A stretch of DNA of 64,000 nucleotides from a virus: the IMG/VR virus record IMGVR_UViG_3300030333_003379, positions 33,524 to 97,523 of that record; one strand, given 5' to 3'. The position numbers were made by a program, and so were the translations under genes. Every line of letters starts with the position of its first letter. Within the stretch, counting starts at the first letter, position 1. The notes below the pieces were generated by a model. The model made no database searches and was not told where the DNA came from. It worked only from the letters and a program-made list of their open reading frames with translations. Positions 41,059-49,608 of this stretch are shown here, piece by piece.

Positions 41059-42896
41059 CTCTTAGACACCCCATGCACTACATCACGAATCGTGGGATCT
41101 TCAAAGCGATATGGTGCTTGTAGTTCATCATCTAATTCTGTTCCACCTTGTGGGTCGCTACATCCACCTGCCTTGTTACCCCTCTTGGCTTTATCATCAA
41201 GTTCGGGATTACTCTTGGTTAATTTCTCCACGGCTTGTAACAAACGCTTGAGATCCTTCTTCATATCTAACAATTGACTTCGATTGAATCCCTGCAAATC
41301 TTTTCCAGATACCTGCAAGGTTGCTCTTTTGCTAATATCCATCTTCACAGTTAGAGGGTCGCCTCCTAATGGCTCACCTGCTAATGCTGCCTCTCTTGCG
41401 GCAGCCTTGTTTGGTTTGAATTGTGAAAGTGATGTTCCCTTCGGTGCGCCAGCACCAAAATGGGGGTTATGTGGTAATTTTGTGCCTTTACCACCGATAC
41501 CGATGGTTTGCACTTTATCGCCAGAAAGACCACGAGTATCAGCGTGAGCAGAATGCCCTCTCGGTAGCGCACCCATCTGTCTGCGGAACTTCTCGGCAGC
41601 CAATTTACGCTGATATGCTACGGGATCACGGATTCTCAATGGAATACCAGATGCCCTTGGATTTGCACCCAACATCCTTCTTGGGGAGAATGCTTGTTCT
41701 CTTGGATTGCGTGAAATGTTCTGTTCGATATTTTTCTCACGCCTCTTGGTTTTACCCTTGATATCACGGCTGGCTTCCTTCTTACCACGCTTCATCTCAC
41801 GCTTACGCTTGCGCTTGCGCTTGATCTTGCTTTTCTTTTCCTCCGCCTCACCTTCTTCATCTTCCTCATACTTACGCCCACGCTTCTTGCGTTTGCCTTT
41901 TACGATATCAGACAAGAATAAAGTTGGTGGCATTTGAGATTTGTTTGCATCTTGCCATAATTTTGATTCTTCTGGACTGTAACCGAACTCACCCACGCTA
42001 TCATGGAGGATATTTTCATATTGACTTGGATCATCACTATACCTTTCATCATCCATCGGGAATGCTGCCCCTCTTGCTGCTATATCGTGTGCAGGGGTAT
42101 GCACAAGTGGTGTTAGATCTTCAACACCATATGGTGCATCACTCATGGGGTCATTTTCCACTTTCTCTTCAAGCATTTGGTGAAACCATTCCTGTGGTGG
42201 CATAGCACCGTCATTTGCTGCTTGATATGCTCGGATATCTTGAGCGTCTATGATTTCATGTAAAGGAACACCAACTGCTGCCTTTTCCCCTGTTTCCCTA
42301 TGTATTCCAAGACCTGCTAAACCACCTACAAATCCTTGAGCAAGCCAACCCGGTTCTTCTTGATTCATTTCATCAATATCTTGGGCAGCCTGTTCAATTG
42401 CTCTCCGCCTAACTTCGTCAAATGGATCATTCTTCAACATTGACCACGCATCTTCAAATGCTTCTTTACTTCGACTAAAAATCAATCCCGGCCCTTCTCT
42501 ACGAACCGGGCCAACCCCTGCGCCTTGTGATATACCAATGCCGTCAGAAGCATGACCCATATCCACACCCATGGCGGATTCAAGTAATTCGCTTTCATTC
42601 TCCATCATTGGAGTATTGTTGATTGTTTCAGCCATTTCCTCTGGCTTTATGCTGATATGAGGCAATTCACCCTCCATTTCACGCATTGCTCTCTTTTTTC
42701 GTTGCTTCGGATCTAACTGCTCTCGCATTTCCTCACTAGCGGTTGATTGGCGGTTGTAATGAGATAATCCATCAGAATCCTCATTAGGATTCACATCATA
42801 ATCCCCTAGCATCTCTCGTGGTCGAAAACCACCTGTATGCTCTTGGATGCGAACTGCTTCTTCGTTCACACCCCTTCGGGGATTTGCCATAGGCAC
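41055..42896 (-). CDS. Hypothetical 613-aa protein with an internal tag (AFEDAWSMLK) and a highly basic K/R tract
   Basis: Tag at 42432-42461; KKRGRK...KIKRKRKRKREMKRGKK suggests DNA binding or condensation. Confidence 0.65.
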   Translation of the reverse strand: MPMANPRRGVNEEAVRIQEHTGGFRPREMLGDYDVNPNEDSDGLSHYNRQSTASEEMREQLDPKQRKKRAMREMEGELPHISIKPEEMAETINNTPMMENESELLESAMGVDMGHASDGIGISQGAGVGPVRREGPGLIFSRSKEAFEDAWSMLKNDPFDEVRRRAIEQAAQDIDEMNQEEPGWLAQGFVGGLAGLGIHRETGEKAAVGVPLHEIIDAQDIRAYQAANDGAMPPQEWFHQMLEEKVENDPMSDAPYGVEDLTPLVHTPAHDIAARGAAFPMDDERYSDDPSQYENILHDSVGEFGYSPEESKLWQDANKSQMPPTLFLSDIVKGKRKKRGRKYEEDEEGEAEEKKSKIKRKRKRKREMKRGKKEASRDIKGKTKRREKNIEQNISRNPREQAFSPRRMLGANPRASGIPLRIRDPVAYQRKLAAEKFRRQMGALPRGHSAHADTRGLSGDKVQTIGIGGKGTKLPHNPHFGAGAPKGTSLSQFKPNKAAAREAALAGEPLGGDPLTVKMDISKRATLQVSGKDLQGFNRSQLLDMKKDLKRLLQAVEKLTKSNPELDDKAKRGNKAGGCSDPQGGTELDDELQAPYRFEDPTIRDVVHGVSKR

Positions 42897-43315
42897 TATC
42901 TGCCCCTCCGCAACCTACTGTATGTTCCCGCTACACGCATAGGAATGGAAAGATACCATTGAGCGAGCATAGGGGTTCTTGAATAAGCACGAGCCAGAGG
43001 CATAAACGAAGTTGTGAATAGTGCAAGTGTTTCCTGTGCCTCTTTTTTGGAAACCTCTGGCACTCGATTTTCTAGATCTGCAAACATCATACGGATACAC
43101 ATGATTTGCCCATATGCTACACCTGCTGCATCTTCTTGAGAAGTGAGATTAAACGCATCCATGCCCTCTGTCCAGACCTTTACTACTTCTTCAAGGCCAT
43201 CACACATCAAAAGTGCATCTTCAATAGAAAACACTACATTTTCTCCATTTAGCAAAGAACCGTAATCTGTGTCCTTTAGCATCAAAGATGGAATAGTGCG
43301 GTAATCATCAGTCAC
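42896..43315 (-). CDS. Hypothetical protein (139 aa)
   Basis: In operon; GGATGTGA-like SD upstream. Confidence 0.6.
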   Translation of the reverse strand: MTDDYRTIPSLMLKDTDYGSLLNGENVVFSIEDALLMCDGLEEVVKVWTEGMDAFNLTSQEDAAGVAYGQIMCIRMMFADLENRVPEVSKKEAQETLALFTTSFMPLARAYSRTPMLAQWYLSIPMRVAGTYSRLRRGR

Positions 43316-43319
43316 AGTA

Positions 43320-43706
43320 TCACATCCCTTGTTTCATCGGGCAACCCGTAATTGATAGAGTATCGTCATCTAATCCACAAGTCGGGCATATTTTCCCACC
43401 CTTTTCGATTGCACATGGTGATTTCACCACAGACCAACCTGTGCGGAATGCTCGGTCATTGGGTGCAGATTTATTCAACAACTGTGTCGTTTCCATTAGA
43501 GTAAGATTTTCAATTTGATCACCATTCATACCTTCATACATAAGGTGTTGGTAAATGGGTCCTAACCGAATGCCGTCATTTTCAAATGAATATGTGGGCG
43601 AATCGTTTATCATATTCTCCACTTCTCTTAGAGTAAGATTTTCGATATCATTACCACTCATGCCCTGCGCCATAAAAAATCGGTAAATAGGGTCTAAATC
43701 AGCCAT
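43320..43706 (-). CDS. Small protein with an internal duplication, an internal tag (AFRTGWSVVK) and C-terminal Cys cluster (128 aa)
   Basis: PIYRFFMAQGMSGNDIENLTL and PIYQHLMYEGMNGDQIENLTL repeats; tag at 43422-43451; CPTC. Confidence 0.6.
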   Translation of the reverse strand: MADLDPIYRFFMAQGMSGNDIENLTLREVENMINDSPTYSFENDGIRLGPIYQHLMYEGMNGDQIENLTLMETTQLLNKSAPNDRAFRTGWSVVKSPCAIEKGGKICPTCGLDDDTLSITGCPMKQGM

Positions 43707-44409
43707 CTTCAAGCACCCCCGCTTCGGATAATGCTTGACGCAGAACACGCCATTCTTCTGGTGATTTTTCGGAGAAGTGTGCTTGGATTACAGTCAAGAC
43801 GCTCACCTGCTCGTTAGACCCAATGGCTTCGGCTCTTTCAAGATATTCCCCAATATCACTCAAAGTATCCCTAATTTCCTTGTGTAACTTAACTGCCGTG
43901 TCTAAACCTTTGTAATCCAAAGTGCCTTCTTCATTCTGTTCCTCTCGTAGTAAATCCACATGATCATTGAACAGGCTATTCAGCCGTTGAAGATTATTTT
44001 CTGTTTGGCGCATAGCACCTTGAACGGTGCTAATCGTCTGTGGTAATGTTTCGATTGCCACTTGACGCTGAATAATAGGTTGCACATGGTTTTGCATATG
44101 ATGTGATAAGGCATCAGTAGTAATTTCTAGATCATCAGCCATAGCATCGAGTGGAACTATGTGATTGAGAATACTTTCCTCAATTGTCGCTCTTTCAGGA
44201 TGAGTGCATAGAGGGCATTCGGAATTACTGTTATTGTGATACTCACCTGCGTGTCGCCTCATGTGCCTGTGAGCAGTTCCTTCTGCCCAACCTTGTTGAG
44301 CATCTAATTCGGCTTCTTCAAGAAGTCCAAGACGGATATTTCGCTCAAAGGCATCTCTGTCTGGATGTTGGCAGAATACACAGTTCCGTCTAGTCCTACG
44401 ACCCACCAT
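43699..44409 (-). CDS. Double zinc-finger/HTH protein, possible terminase small subunit (236 aa)
   Basis: Two CxxCxHPxR...HxxxH repeats, then HTH-like and coiled-coil segments. TerS role is inference. Confidence 0.5.
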   Translation of the reverse strand: MVGRRTRRNCVFCQHPDRDAFERNIRLGLLEEAELDAQQGWAEGTAHRHMRRHAGEYHNNSNSECPLCTHPERATIEESILNHIVPLDAMADDLEITTDALSHHMQNHVQPIIQRQVAIETLPQTISTVQGAMRQTENNLQRLNSLFNDHVDLLREEQNEEGTLDYKGLDTAVKLHKEIRDTLSDIGEYLERAEAIGSNEQVSVLTVIQAHFSEKSPEEWRVLRQALSEAGVLEDG

Positions 44410-44421
44410 GAAGGTGCGATA

Positions 44422-44652
44422 TCATTCATCCTTATGTGTTTTCTCATATATCTTGCGGTGAAGGTTGCAATATGGTGATGGTTTCTGAACCGCCTTCTTA
44501 CAACGGTTGCCTGATTTTGCTATTGCTTTACACCTGTGTGGTTCGTGGTCAATCACAGGCTTGACCTGCGGTTGTGCCACTACATACGCTTGTGGTTGCG
44601 GGGCTACTATTCGCCCGTTAATACCGAAAGGCAGCATACTGCCGAATGGCAA
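44422..44652 (-). CDS. Small C3H-type zinc-binding protein (~76 aa)
   Basis: RCKAIAKSGNRCKKAVQKPSPYCNLH; start uncertain. Confidence 0.55.
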   Translation of the reverse strand: MPFGSMLPFGINGRIVAPQPQAYVVAQPQVKPVIDHEPHRCKAIAKSGNRCKKAVQKPSPYCNLHRKIYEKTHKDE

Positions 44653-44878
44653 TAGTCATCGTGAGTAATAGCCCGAAAAACATAGCCATCATTTCACCTG
44701 TTCCAAGTGATGGCCCTTTCCAGATTAACATGGTCAATGAAAATAACATGAAAGCAATAATGAAAATCATTGTGGCACTTTCAACCAACATTACTTTCGG
44801 GCTAAACATATCCACCATTGCTGATGACCAATTAACCTCTCCTTGCATAGCATTCTGTTCTCGATCTCTATCCGACAT
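44618..44878 (-). CDS. Two-TM membrane protein (86 aa)
   Basis: Hydrophobic helices ATMIFIIAFMLFSLTMLIW and MMAMFFGLLLTMTIAI; GGTGA SD before the ATG at 44878. Confidence 0.65.
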   Translation of the reverse strand: MSDRDREQNAMQGEVNWSSAMVDMFSPKVMLVESATMIFIIAFMLFSLTMLIWKGPSLGTGEMMAMFFGLLLTMTIAIRQYAAFRY

Positions 44879-44897
44879 ATTTTCACCTTCCATGTTA

Positions 44898-45575
44898 TCA
44901 TAGTCCAACTGCTGCACCCTTCGCAGCCATGTTCATACCTTGCCCAACAGTAGCACCAAAGCCACCGTTCTGTTGAACCGCATTGCCCATCATGCCACCA
45001 AGAAGGCTACCGAAAAAGCCCGGTTGGGATGCAGGGTTCTGCATTTGATTCATCATCATACCTTGTTGGTGTGCTGCAAGGAACATCTGTAATTGTTGTT
45101 GGTTTGCATTTAGGGTGTTTTGTGCTGCACCCTGTGCTTTTTGTAGAGTAAGAGCAAGATTTTCTGCTGATAGTGTTGCTAGATCCGATGGTAATGACCC
45201 CGCATCCAAAGTCAAAACATCGTTTTCTATCTTGAATGATACATTAGCAAAGAACTCCTTGACTGATAGCATCATAATTTCTCCAATTAAATCAAGAACT
45301 AGAGCCATATTCTGTGAAATCACGAACATTGATACCGGGTCATGTAAAGCCAATAATTGAGATGTTGCCAGAACGGGATCATTTGCAGCCTGTTGCATCA
45401 TAGGGTTCTGTGCCTGTTGCATCATACCCATAGCACCCAAGCCACCCATTTGTTGTGGTTGTTGCATACCATAGCCACCCATTTGCCCATATCCTTGCTG
45501 TGCTGCCAAAGAAGGCGCACCAAACTGCTGTGCCGTTTGTGTTTTATTTCCGCCTCCGAATCCAAATAGCCCCAT
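44898..45575 (-). CDS. Q/G/M-rich protein with a helical core (225 aa; MGLFGFGGG...)
   Basis: Low-complexity termini; GGTGA SD before the ATG at 45575. Confidence 0.65.
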   Translation of the reverse strand: MGLFGFGGGNKTQTAQQFGAPSLAAQQGYGQMGGYGMQQPQQMGGLGAMGMMQQAQNPMMQQAANDPVLATSQLLALHDPVSMFVISQNMALVLDLIGEIMMLSVKEFFANVSFKIENDVLTLDAGSLPSDLATLSAENLALTLQKAQGAAQNTLNANQQQLQMFLAAHQQGMMMNQMQNPASQPGFFGSLLGGMMGNAVQQNGGFGATVGQGMNMAAKGAAVGL

Positions 45576-45588
45576 ATCATTCACCTTC

Positions 45589-46497
45589 CTATTGTTGTAT
45601 CTGTCCTTGTTCCATTTGCGCTTGCATTTGCGCCTGTGCTTGGGGGTTTATTCCCATTTGACTCTGCTGTGATAGTAATTCCATCTGCATAGCCCTTAAA
45701 TCGAAAGTCACCGTAACCAAATCCGCTATACCCGTCATCGGGTTTGGATGCTGCGTCATAGTAACTCCTTTTGAGTATTGTGCGTCTTGTTGCACCATTC
45801 GGAAGAATGGCTCATACTTCATCAATGATTCAGGAGTGGATCTGTTCTTAGCGGTGTTTTTACCTGTAATACCGGGAACTCGTAAAAATCGTGTTCCTTT
45901 TGCAACCTTCTTTCCAAACCCTTCTTCTGCCATTTCCTGTTCTTCAAGCATACAGCGTAAAGTATGGTAGATGTGTAAGTGAGCAGGGCATAAGGTGCTA
46001 TTCATCTCATCACCATGATCCCCATGTGTGCGAGCATGAGGCTTCTGTGCCTGTCCTGTATCCTCATTGAACCAATAGATATCTGCCAATGATAGTCCTG
46101 TTCGGTCATCAACGATATGAGAATAAGCATTGTCGCCTTCTAAGAATCTGCGAACATCTACACCGCAACAGGCACACTCGTGTGCTGCATTGTAGCGATA
46201 TACCTTGAATAACCCAAGGTTGTAATTCGGTGGTCGCAATGCCTTGCGAAGCATTTTGATATTCTTTCTCCGAGCCTTAGCGGGATTCTTGTGGTTGGTC
46301 TTGAGATTTATCTCAACCGTTGGTATCATTTGCTCATCTCCCATATCACCAGATGAACCTGCGCTTGCCATTTCTGCTCTCTGTTGCGCTTTCAACAACT
46401 CGTATGCTATACCTGTTTGTTGCGATAAAACACGCAACTGCTCGTCAGGAACACCATTGAGCGAGATCCCGCCACCACCAAAGAAGGGTATGCCCAT
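45589..46497 (-). CDS. Putative zinc-binding protein (302 aa; MGIPFFGGGG...)
   Basis: HECACCG and TLCPAHLH; Q-rich C-terminus. Confidence 0.6.
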   Translation of the reverse strand: MGIPFFGGGGISLNGVPDEQLRVLSQQTGIAYELLKAQQRAEMASAGSSGDMGDEQMIPTVEINLKTNHKNPAKARRKNIKMLRKALRPPNYNLGLFKVYRYNAAHECACCGVDVRRFLEGDNAYSHIVDDRTGLSLADIYWFNEDTGQAQKPHARTHGDHGDEMNSTLCPAHLHIYHTLRCMLEEQEMAEEGFGKKVAKGTRFLRVPGITGKNTAKNRSTPESLMKYEPFFRMVQQDAQYSKGVTMTQHPNPMTGIADLVTVTFDLRAMQMELLSQQSQMGINPQAQAQMQAQMEQGQIQQ

Positions 46498-46536
46498 ATG
46501 ACCATGTGAGGGCTAACAGGATGATAAAACCTCTCA

Positions 46537-47262
46537 TCAAATTAAGTGAATAGTGTCCACTATCGCTCTTTCGACATTAAGGCCGTATTGTGCCGCAATA
46601 GCCTCAACATTTGTTGGGATACCTGCTCGCCTTAATCTTCTCAATTCTTCTTGGAAAGGTAATACCATCCTATACTGCCTTTTCAAACCCATAGACCACA
46701 TAGCATCAGCCTCTGGTGTCCACCACACATCCATTTTGTTTAACAAGAGGCAAACTACCTTCGGTTTCCACCCCTTTGCCTTTTTCCGCATTTTGCGACT
46801 AAATGTGGAAGGATATTTGGTGTTCGTCACTAAATCCACTATGTATTGAAACCCTGCAACTGCATCCATGGCTGCCTGTGGCGAAAGAAGTATTCTTTCA
46901 TCAACCACATAGAAAATCACATCTCTGTGGTTCTCAACAATATCTTCTGCCCACATATTTCGATATTGTTGCTGACCGCCAATATCAGCAGATGTAATAG
47001 GAACACGATCCCCTTTCCAGCGAACCTGCTTCTTTGTGCTTCTTGGCATTTTGAATGAGCCGTTTTGCACAGCATGGCTAGTTCGCAATTCTAAGGGTAT
47101 GGGGTCAATATCACCGGGAACGGTAAGATATTGATCTAATGTGGTCTTTCCTGTAAGGCTTGGGCCGTATATTCCGACTTTATGTGGCCTTAGCAATCTA
47201 TACACATAGGTCGCAATCTGGGCAGACCCTAGCAATAAATGCCCTGCAAACATCCAAGACAT
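46537..47262 (-). CDS. Small GTPase, Arf/Sar1-like (241 aa)
   Basis: G1 GPSLTGKT, G3 DIGGQQQYRNMW, VIFYVVD, G4 LLNKMD, G5-like AIAAQYG; hydrophobic N-terminal helix. Confidence 0.85.
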   Translation of the reverse strand: MSWMFAGHLLLGSAQIATYVYRLLRPHKVGIYGPSLTGKTTLDQYLTVPGDIDPIPLELRTSHAVQNGSFKMPRSTKKQVRWKGDRVPITSADIGGQQQYRNMWAEDIVENHRDVIFYVVDERILLSPQAAMDAVAGFQYIVDLVTNTKYPSTFSRKMRKKAKGWKPKVVCLLLNKMDVWWTPEADAMWSMGLKRQYRMVLPFQEELRRLRRAGIPTNVEAIAAQYGLNVERAIVDTIHLI

Positions 47263-47267
47263 TCACT

Positions 47268-47489
47268 TCACTTCCCCCGAATCCAATTCCATGCGTTTTC
47301 GGGGCTGATATTGGCCCAGATATCCAATCCGACCATTACCAAAAAGGTGAGGGATACGCTACCTATGAGAACTAAAATCAATTTGATATTGTTTGTGGCT
47401 CTTTCTAATCGCCTTTCATATGCGTTTTCAGCAAGAATCATACTCATTGCTTCTGCCTGTCGCTCATTGGCGGTGCTAAACGGCCACAT
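47268..47489 (-). CDS. Small single-TM membrane protein (73 aa)
   Basis: IKLILVLIGSVSLTFLVMVGL; GGGGAA upstream. Confidence 0.65.
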   Translation of the reverse strand: MWPFSTANERQAEAMSMILAENAYERRLERATNNIKLILVLIGSVSLTFLVMVGLDIWANISPENAWNWIRGK

Positions 47490-47500
47490 TCATGTTCCCC

Positions 47501-47974
47501 TCATGGTGTGAGCATTGGTGCTTCTTCTTCATCCTTTTGCTCGGAATGTGGTTCATTCGGCAAACCAAAGGTCTGTTGCCCCATAGCCTGTGCATACATT
47601 TGTTGTTGTTGCATCTTACCATATTGATACTGTTGGTCTTTACGCATTCTGCGTTCTTGTAGCCTTTGTTGGGATCTTAGCCACTTATCATAGCGATTCT
47701 CTTGAGCAAACTCTGCTCGCATTGCTAGAGAGTCACGAATACCACCAACATGGAATAATACCATTGAAAGACAGAGGAAGCCGAATGCAATCAAACCATA
47801 CTGTAATCCCATTTCACCTGCACCTGCGGCTGGTAAATACCATCCCATGTGCGATACTGATACTGCTACACCTGTAAGTAGCGATTGCCATAGTAGCATA
47901 GCAATCAAATTGATATCAATTCGGTTTTCGTCTGGGCCACCAAATGGTGGCATTTTTCCCGGTTGTTGTGGCAT
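47501..47974 (-). CDS. Two-TM membrane protein with Q-rich cytoplasmic tail (157 aa)
   Basis: Hydrophobic helices; start revised to MPQQPGK after the GGGAGTGA SD. Confidence 0.65.
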   Translation of the reverse strand: MPQQPGKMPPFGGPDENRIDINLIAMLLWQSLLTGVAVSVSHMGWYLPAAGAGEMGLQYGLIAFGFLCLSMVLFHVGGIRDSLAMRAEFAQENRYDKWLRSQQRLQERRMRKDQQYQYGKMQQQQMYAQAMGQQTFGLPNEPHSEQKDEEEAPMLTP

Positions 47975-47981
47975 TCTTCTC

Positions 47982-48131
47982 TCACTCCCCTGTGTTTTGT
48001 CGAGCCTGTTCCTGTTCAAAATACTTCTTCAATACGAAATTAACGAAAGAGGACTTAGATTCTCTACCTCTCGCTGCTTCCATTTTGGCAAATAAATCAT
48101 CCGGCATTACTACGGACACATGACGGCTCAT
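47982..48131 (-). CDS. Ribbon-helix-helix (CopG/Arc/MetJ-like) regulator, 49 aa (not in the ORF track)
   Basis: Manual translation MSRHVSVVMPDDLFAKMEAARGRESKSSFVNFVLKKYFEQEQARQNTGE*: alternating beta strand, then two helices with SxFV. Confidence 0.75.
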   Translation of the reverse strand: MSRHVSVVMPDDLFAKMEAARGRESKSSFVNFVLKKYFEQEQARQNTGE

Positions 48132-48135
48132 GTGT
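48116..48135. promoter_or_regulatory. Perfect inverted repeat ACACATGA-N4-TCATGTGT, candidate operator
   Basis: 8-bp arms overlapping the RHH start codon in the divergent promoter region. Confidence 0.55.
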
Positions 48136-48170
48136 AAATCCCACTACTGTTAGGGCTATGAAGGTTGTGA

Positions 48171-48178
48171 TTAAATAG
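48171..48178 (+). promoter_or_regulatory. Putative TATA box TTAAATAG for a leaderless plus-strand transcript
   Basis: 22 nt upstream of the ATG at 48201; no SD before that ATG. Confidence 0.5.
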
Positions 48179-48200
48179 CAGGGCGGTATCGGGTTTGTAT

Positions 48201-48719
48201 ATGAGCGCACCCAATCTCGCAGAAGCCGTAACTGCTATGAGATCGTATCAAGATGTTTTGAGAGCGAATCCCTCTAACCCGAATATGATGGCTGCGTGGA
48301 TACAACGCAATACAGACGAGGCTCTTGCAGGTGATTTCTCACATAATGCTGGTATTGCAATTCTTCATTATTATGGACACCCGCTATACGGCAATATCAG
48401 CAATGTGCCACAAGATGCACAACAATGGATATCTCTTATCCAACCCGCAGAGGGCATCATAGCAGATGAGGAAACATGGATTGATATGCAAATTGCAGGG
48501 CAAACAGGTAGTGTAGCCACTCGATTATTCATTTCAGACCATTCGTGGCTTACTCAATGGGCTAACGCAAACAATTTCCCACCTAACACTCCAATGTCCT
48601 ATATTGTGAATTACTTGATTAGCAGATTAAGATCCTGTGAAGGTAACAATGGCCCAACAGGTGCAAACGGTATTTCGCATGAGGAATATGAACTACCAAA
48701 TCAAGAGGAAATCCCCTGA
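48201..48719 (+). CDS. Hypothetical protein (172 aa)
   Basis: Clean ORF after a TATA-like element; no recognisable motif. Confidence 0.65.
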   Translation: MSAPNLAEAVTAMRSYQDVLRANPSNPNMMAAWIQRNTDEALAGDFSHNAGIAILHYYGHPLYGNISNVPQDAQQWISLIQPAEGIIADEETWIDMQIAGQTGSVATRLFISDHSWLTQWANANNFPPNTPMSYIVNYLISRLRSCEGNNGPTGANGISHEEYELPNQEEIP

Positions 48720-48765
48720 TTTCAACAAAACCATCAAAAGATAAGGAACATTAGATGGCAAACAC

Positions 48766-49608
48766 ATGAAACCCATTGAGATATATGAAGTTGGCCCAAG
48801 GGATGGCTTACAAGCACTTTCTCATACTGTTTCTATTGAAGATAAGGTTGATTTAATCGAATCTCTGGTCAATGGTGGGTTGATTGATATTGAAGTGGGT
48901 TCTTTTGTTCACCCCAAATTAGTTCCAAGTATGGCGGATTCGGATGAAGTATTCAAGGCAGTATGGCACTTAGATGCCTGTCTTGGAGTCCTTGTGCCAA
49001 ATCACAGGGGAATTGAGAGAGCCAAAAAGGTCGGTGCAAAATACTACAACATATTCTTCTCCCCTACTCATTCATTCAATGTAGCCAATCACGGTAAATC
49101 ATACCAAGAAGTGGTTGATCACTATTATCAAGCACTAGAAGGAATACCAAAAGAGAATATCCGAGTATATCTTTCAATGGCATTCAGATCTAACAAAAAG
49201 GAAATGAGTAGAGCAATGAAAGATGCTTGCGCCCTTGGCACTACTGTGGTATTATGCGACACAGATGGAACGGCAACCAATGAACAAGTGTATCACACTA
49301 TACGCAGAGCAAAGCAACATACCGACAATATAGCCCTTCATCTTCACAAAAGCACCAAGTTATTCCAACATATTGCTACTGCATACGAAATGGGGGTCAC
49401 TCAATTCGATAGTAGCATAGGAGGCATGGGTGGTTGCCCCTTCGTCAAGGGGTCAGAAGCAAACCTTGCAACAGAAGCATTAGTCAAGTGGTGCAACCAA
49501 ATGCACATCCCTTGTGGTGTATCTCTGGAGGATTTAGAACCTGCTTTAGAAATTGTAAAGCGAATCAAAGTCCCTCATCAACCCGTCTTGGTTGAATCCC
49601 CAAATTAA
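48766..49608 (+). CDS. hmgL: Hydroxymethylglutaryl-CoA lyase (DRE-TIM family, 280 aa)
   Basis: IYEVGPRDGLQ, IEVGSFVHPKLVPSMADS, LCDTDG, ALHLH, FDSSIGGMGGCPF...ANLATE. Confidence 0.9.
   Translation: MKPIEIYEVGPRDGLQALSHTVSIEDKVDLIESLVNGGLIDIEVGSFVHPKLVPSMADSDEVFKAVWHLDACLGVLVPNHRGIERAKKVGAKYYNIFFSPTHSFNVANHGKSYQEVVDHYYQALEGIPKENIRVYLSMAFRSNKKEMSRAMKDACALGTTVVLCDTDGTATNEQVYHTIRRAKQHTDNIALHLHKSTKLFQHIATAYEMGVTQFDSSIGGMGGCPFVKGSEANLATEALVKWCNQMHIPCGVSLEDLEPALEIVKRIKVPHQPVLVESPN

Noticed and set aside
44898-46497. N-myristoylation of the MGLFGF and MGIPFF N-termini by analogy to Arf
   Set aside because: N-myristoyltransferase is not an established archaeal enzyme and none is encoded here. More likely simple hydrophobic anchors.
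853-47900. Many short plus-strand ORFs in the track
   Set aside because: They lie antisense to long, motif-bearing minus-strand genes with tight operon packing, and lack SD or promoter support.
48000-48200. tRNA or structured ncRNA in intergenic gaps (also 57108-57237)
   Set aside because: No cloverleaf or T-loop consensus was found by eye. The first gap is explained by the RHH gene and promoters.
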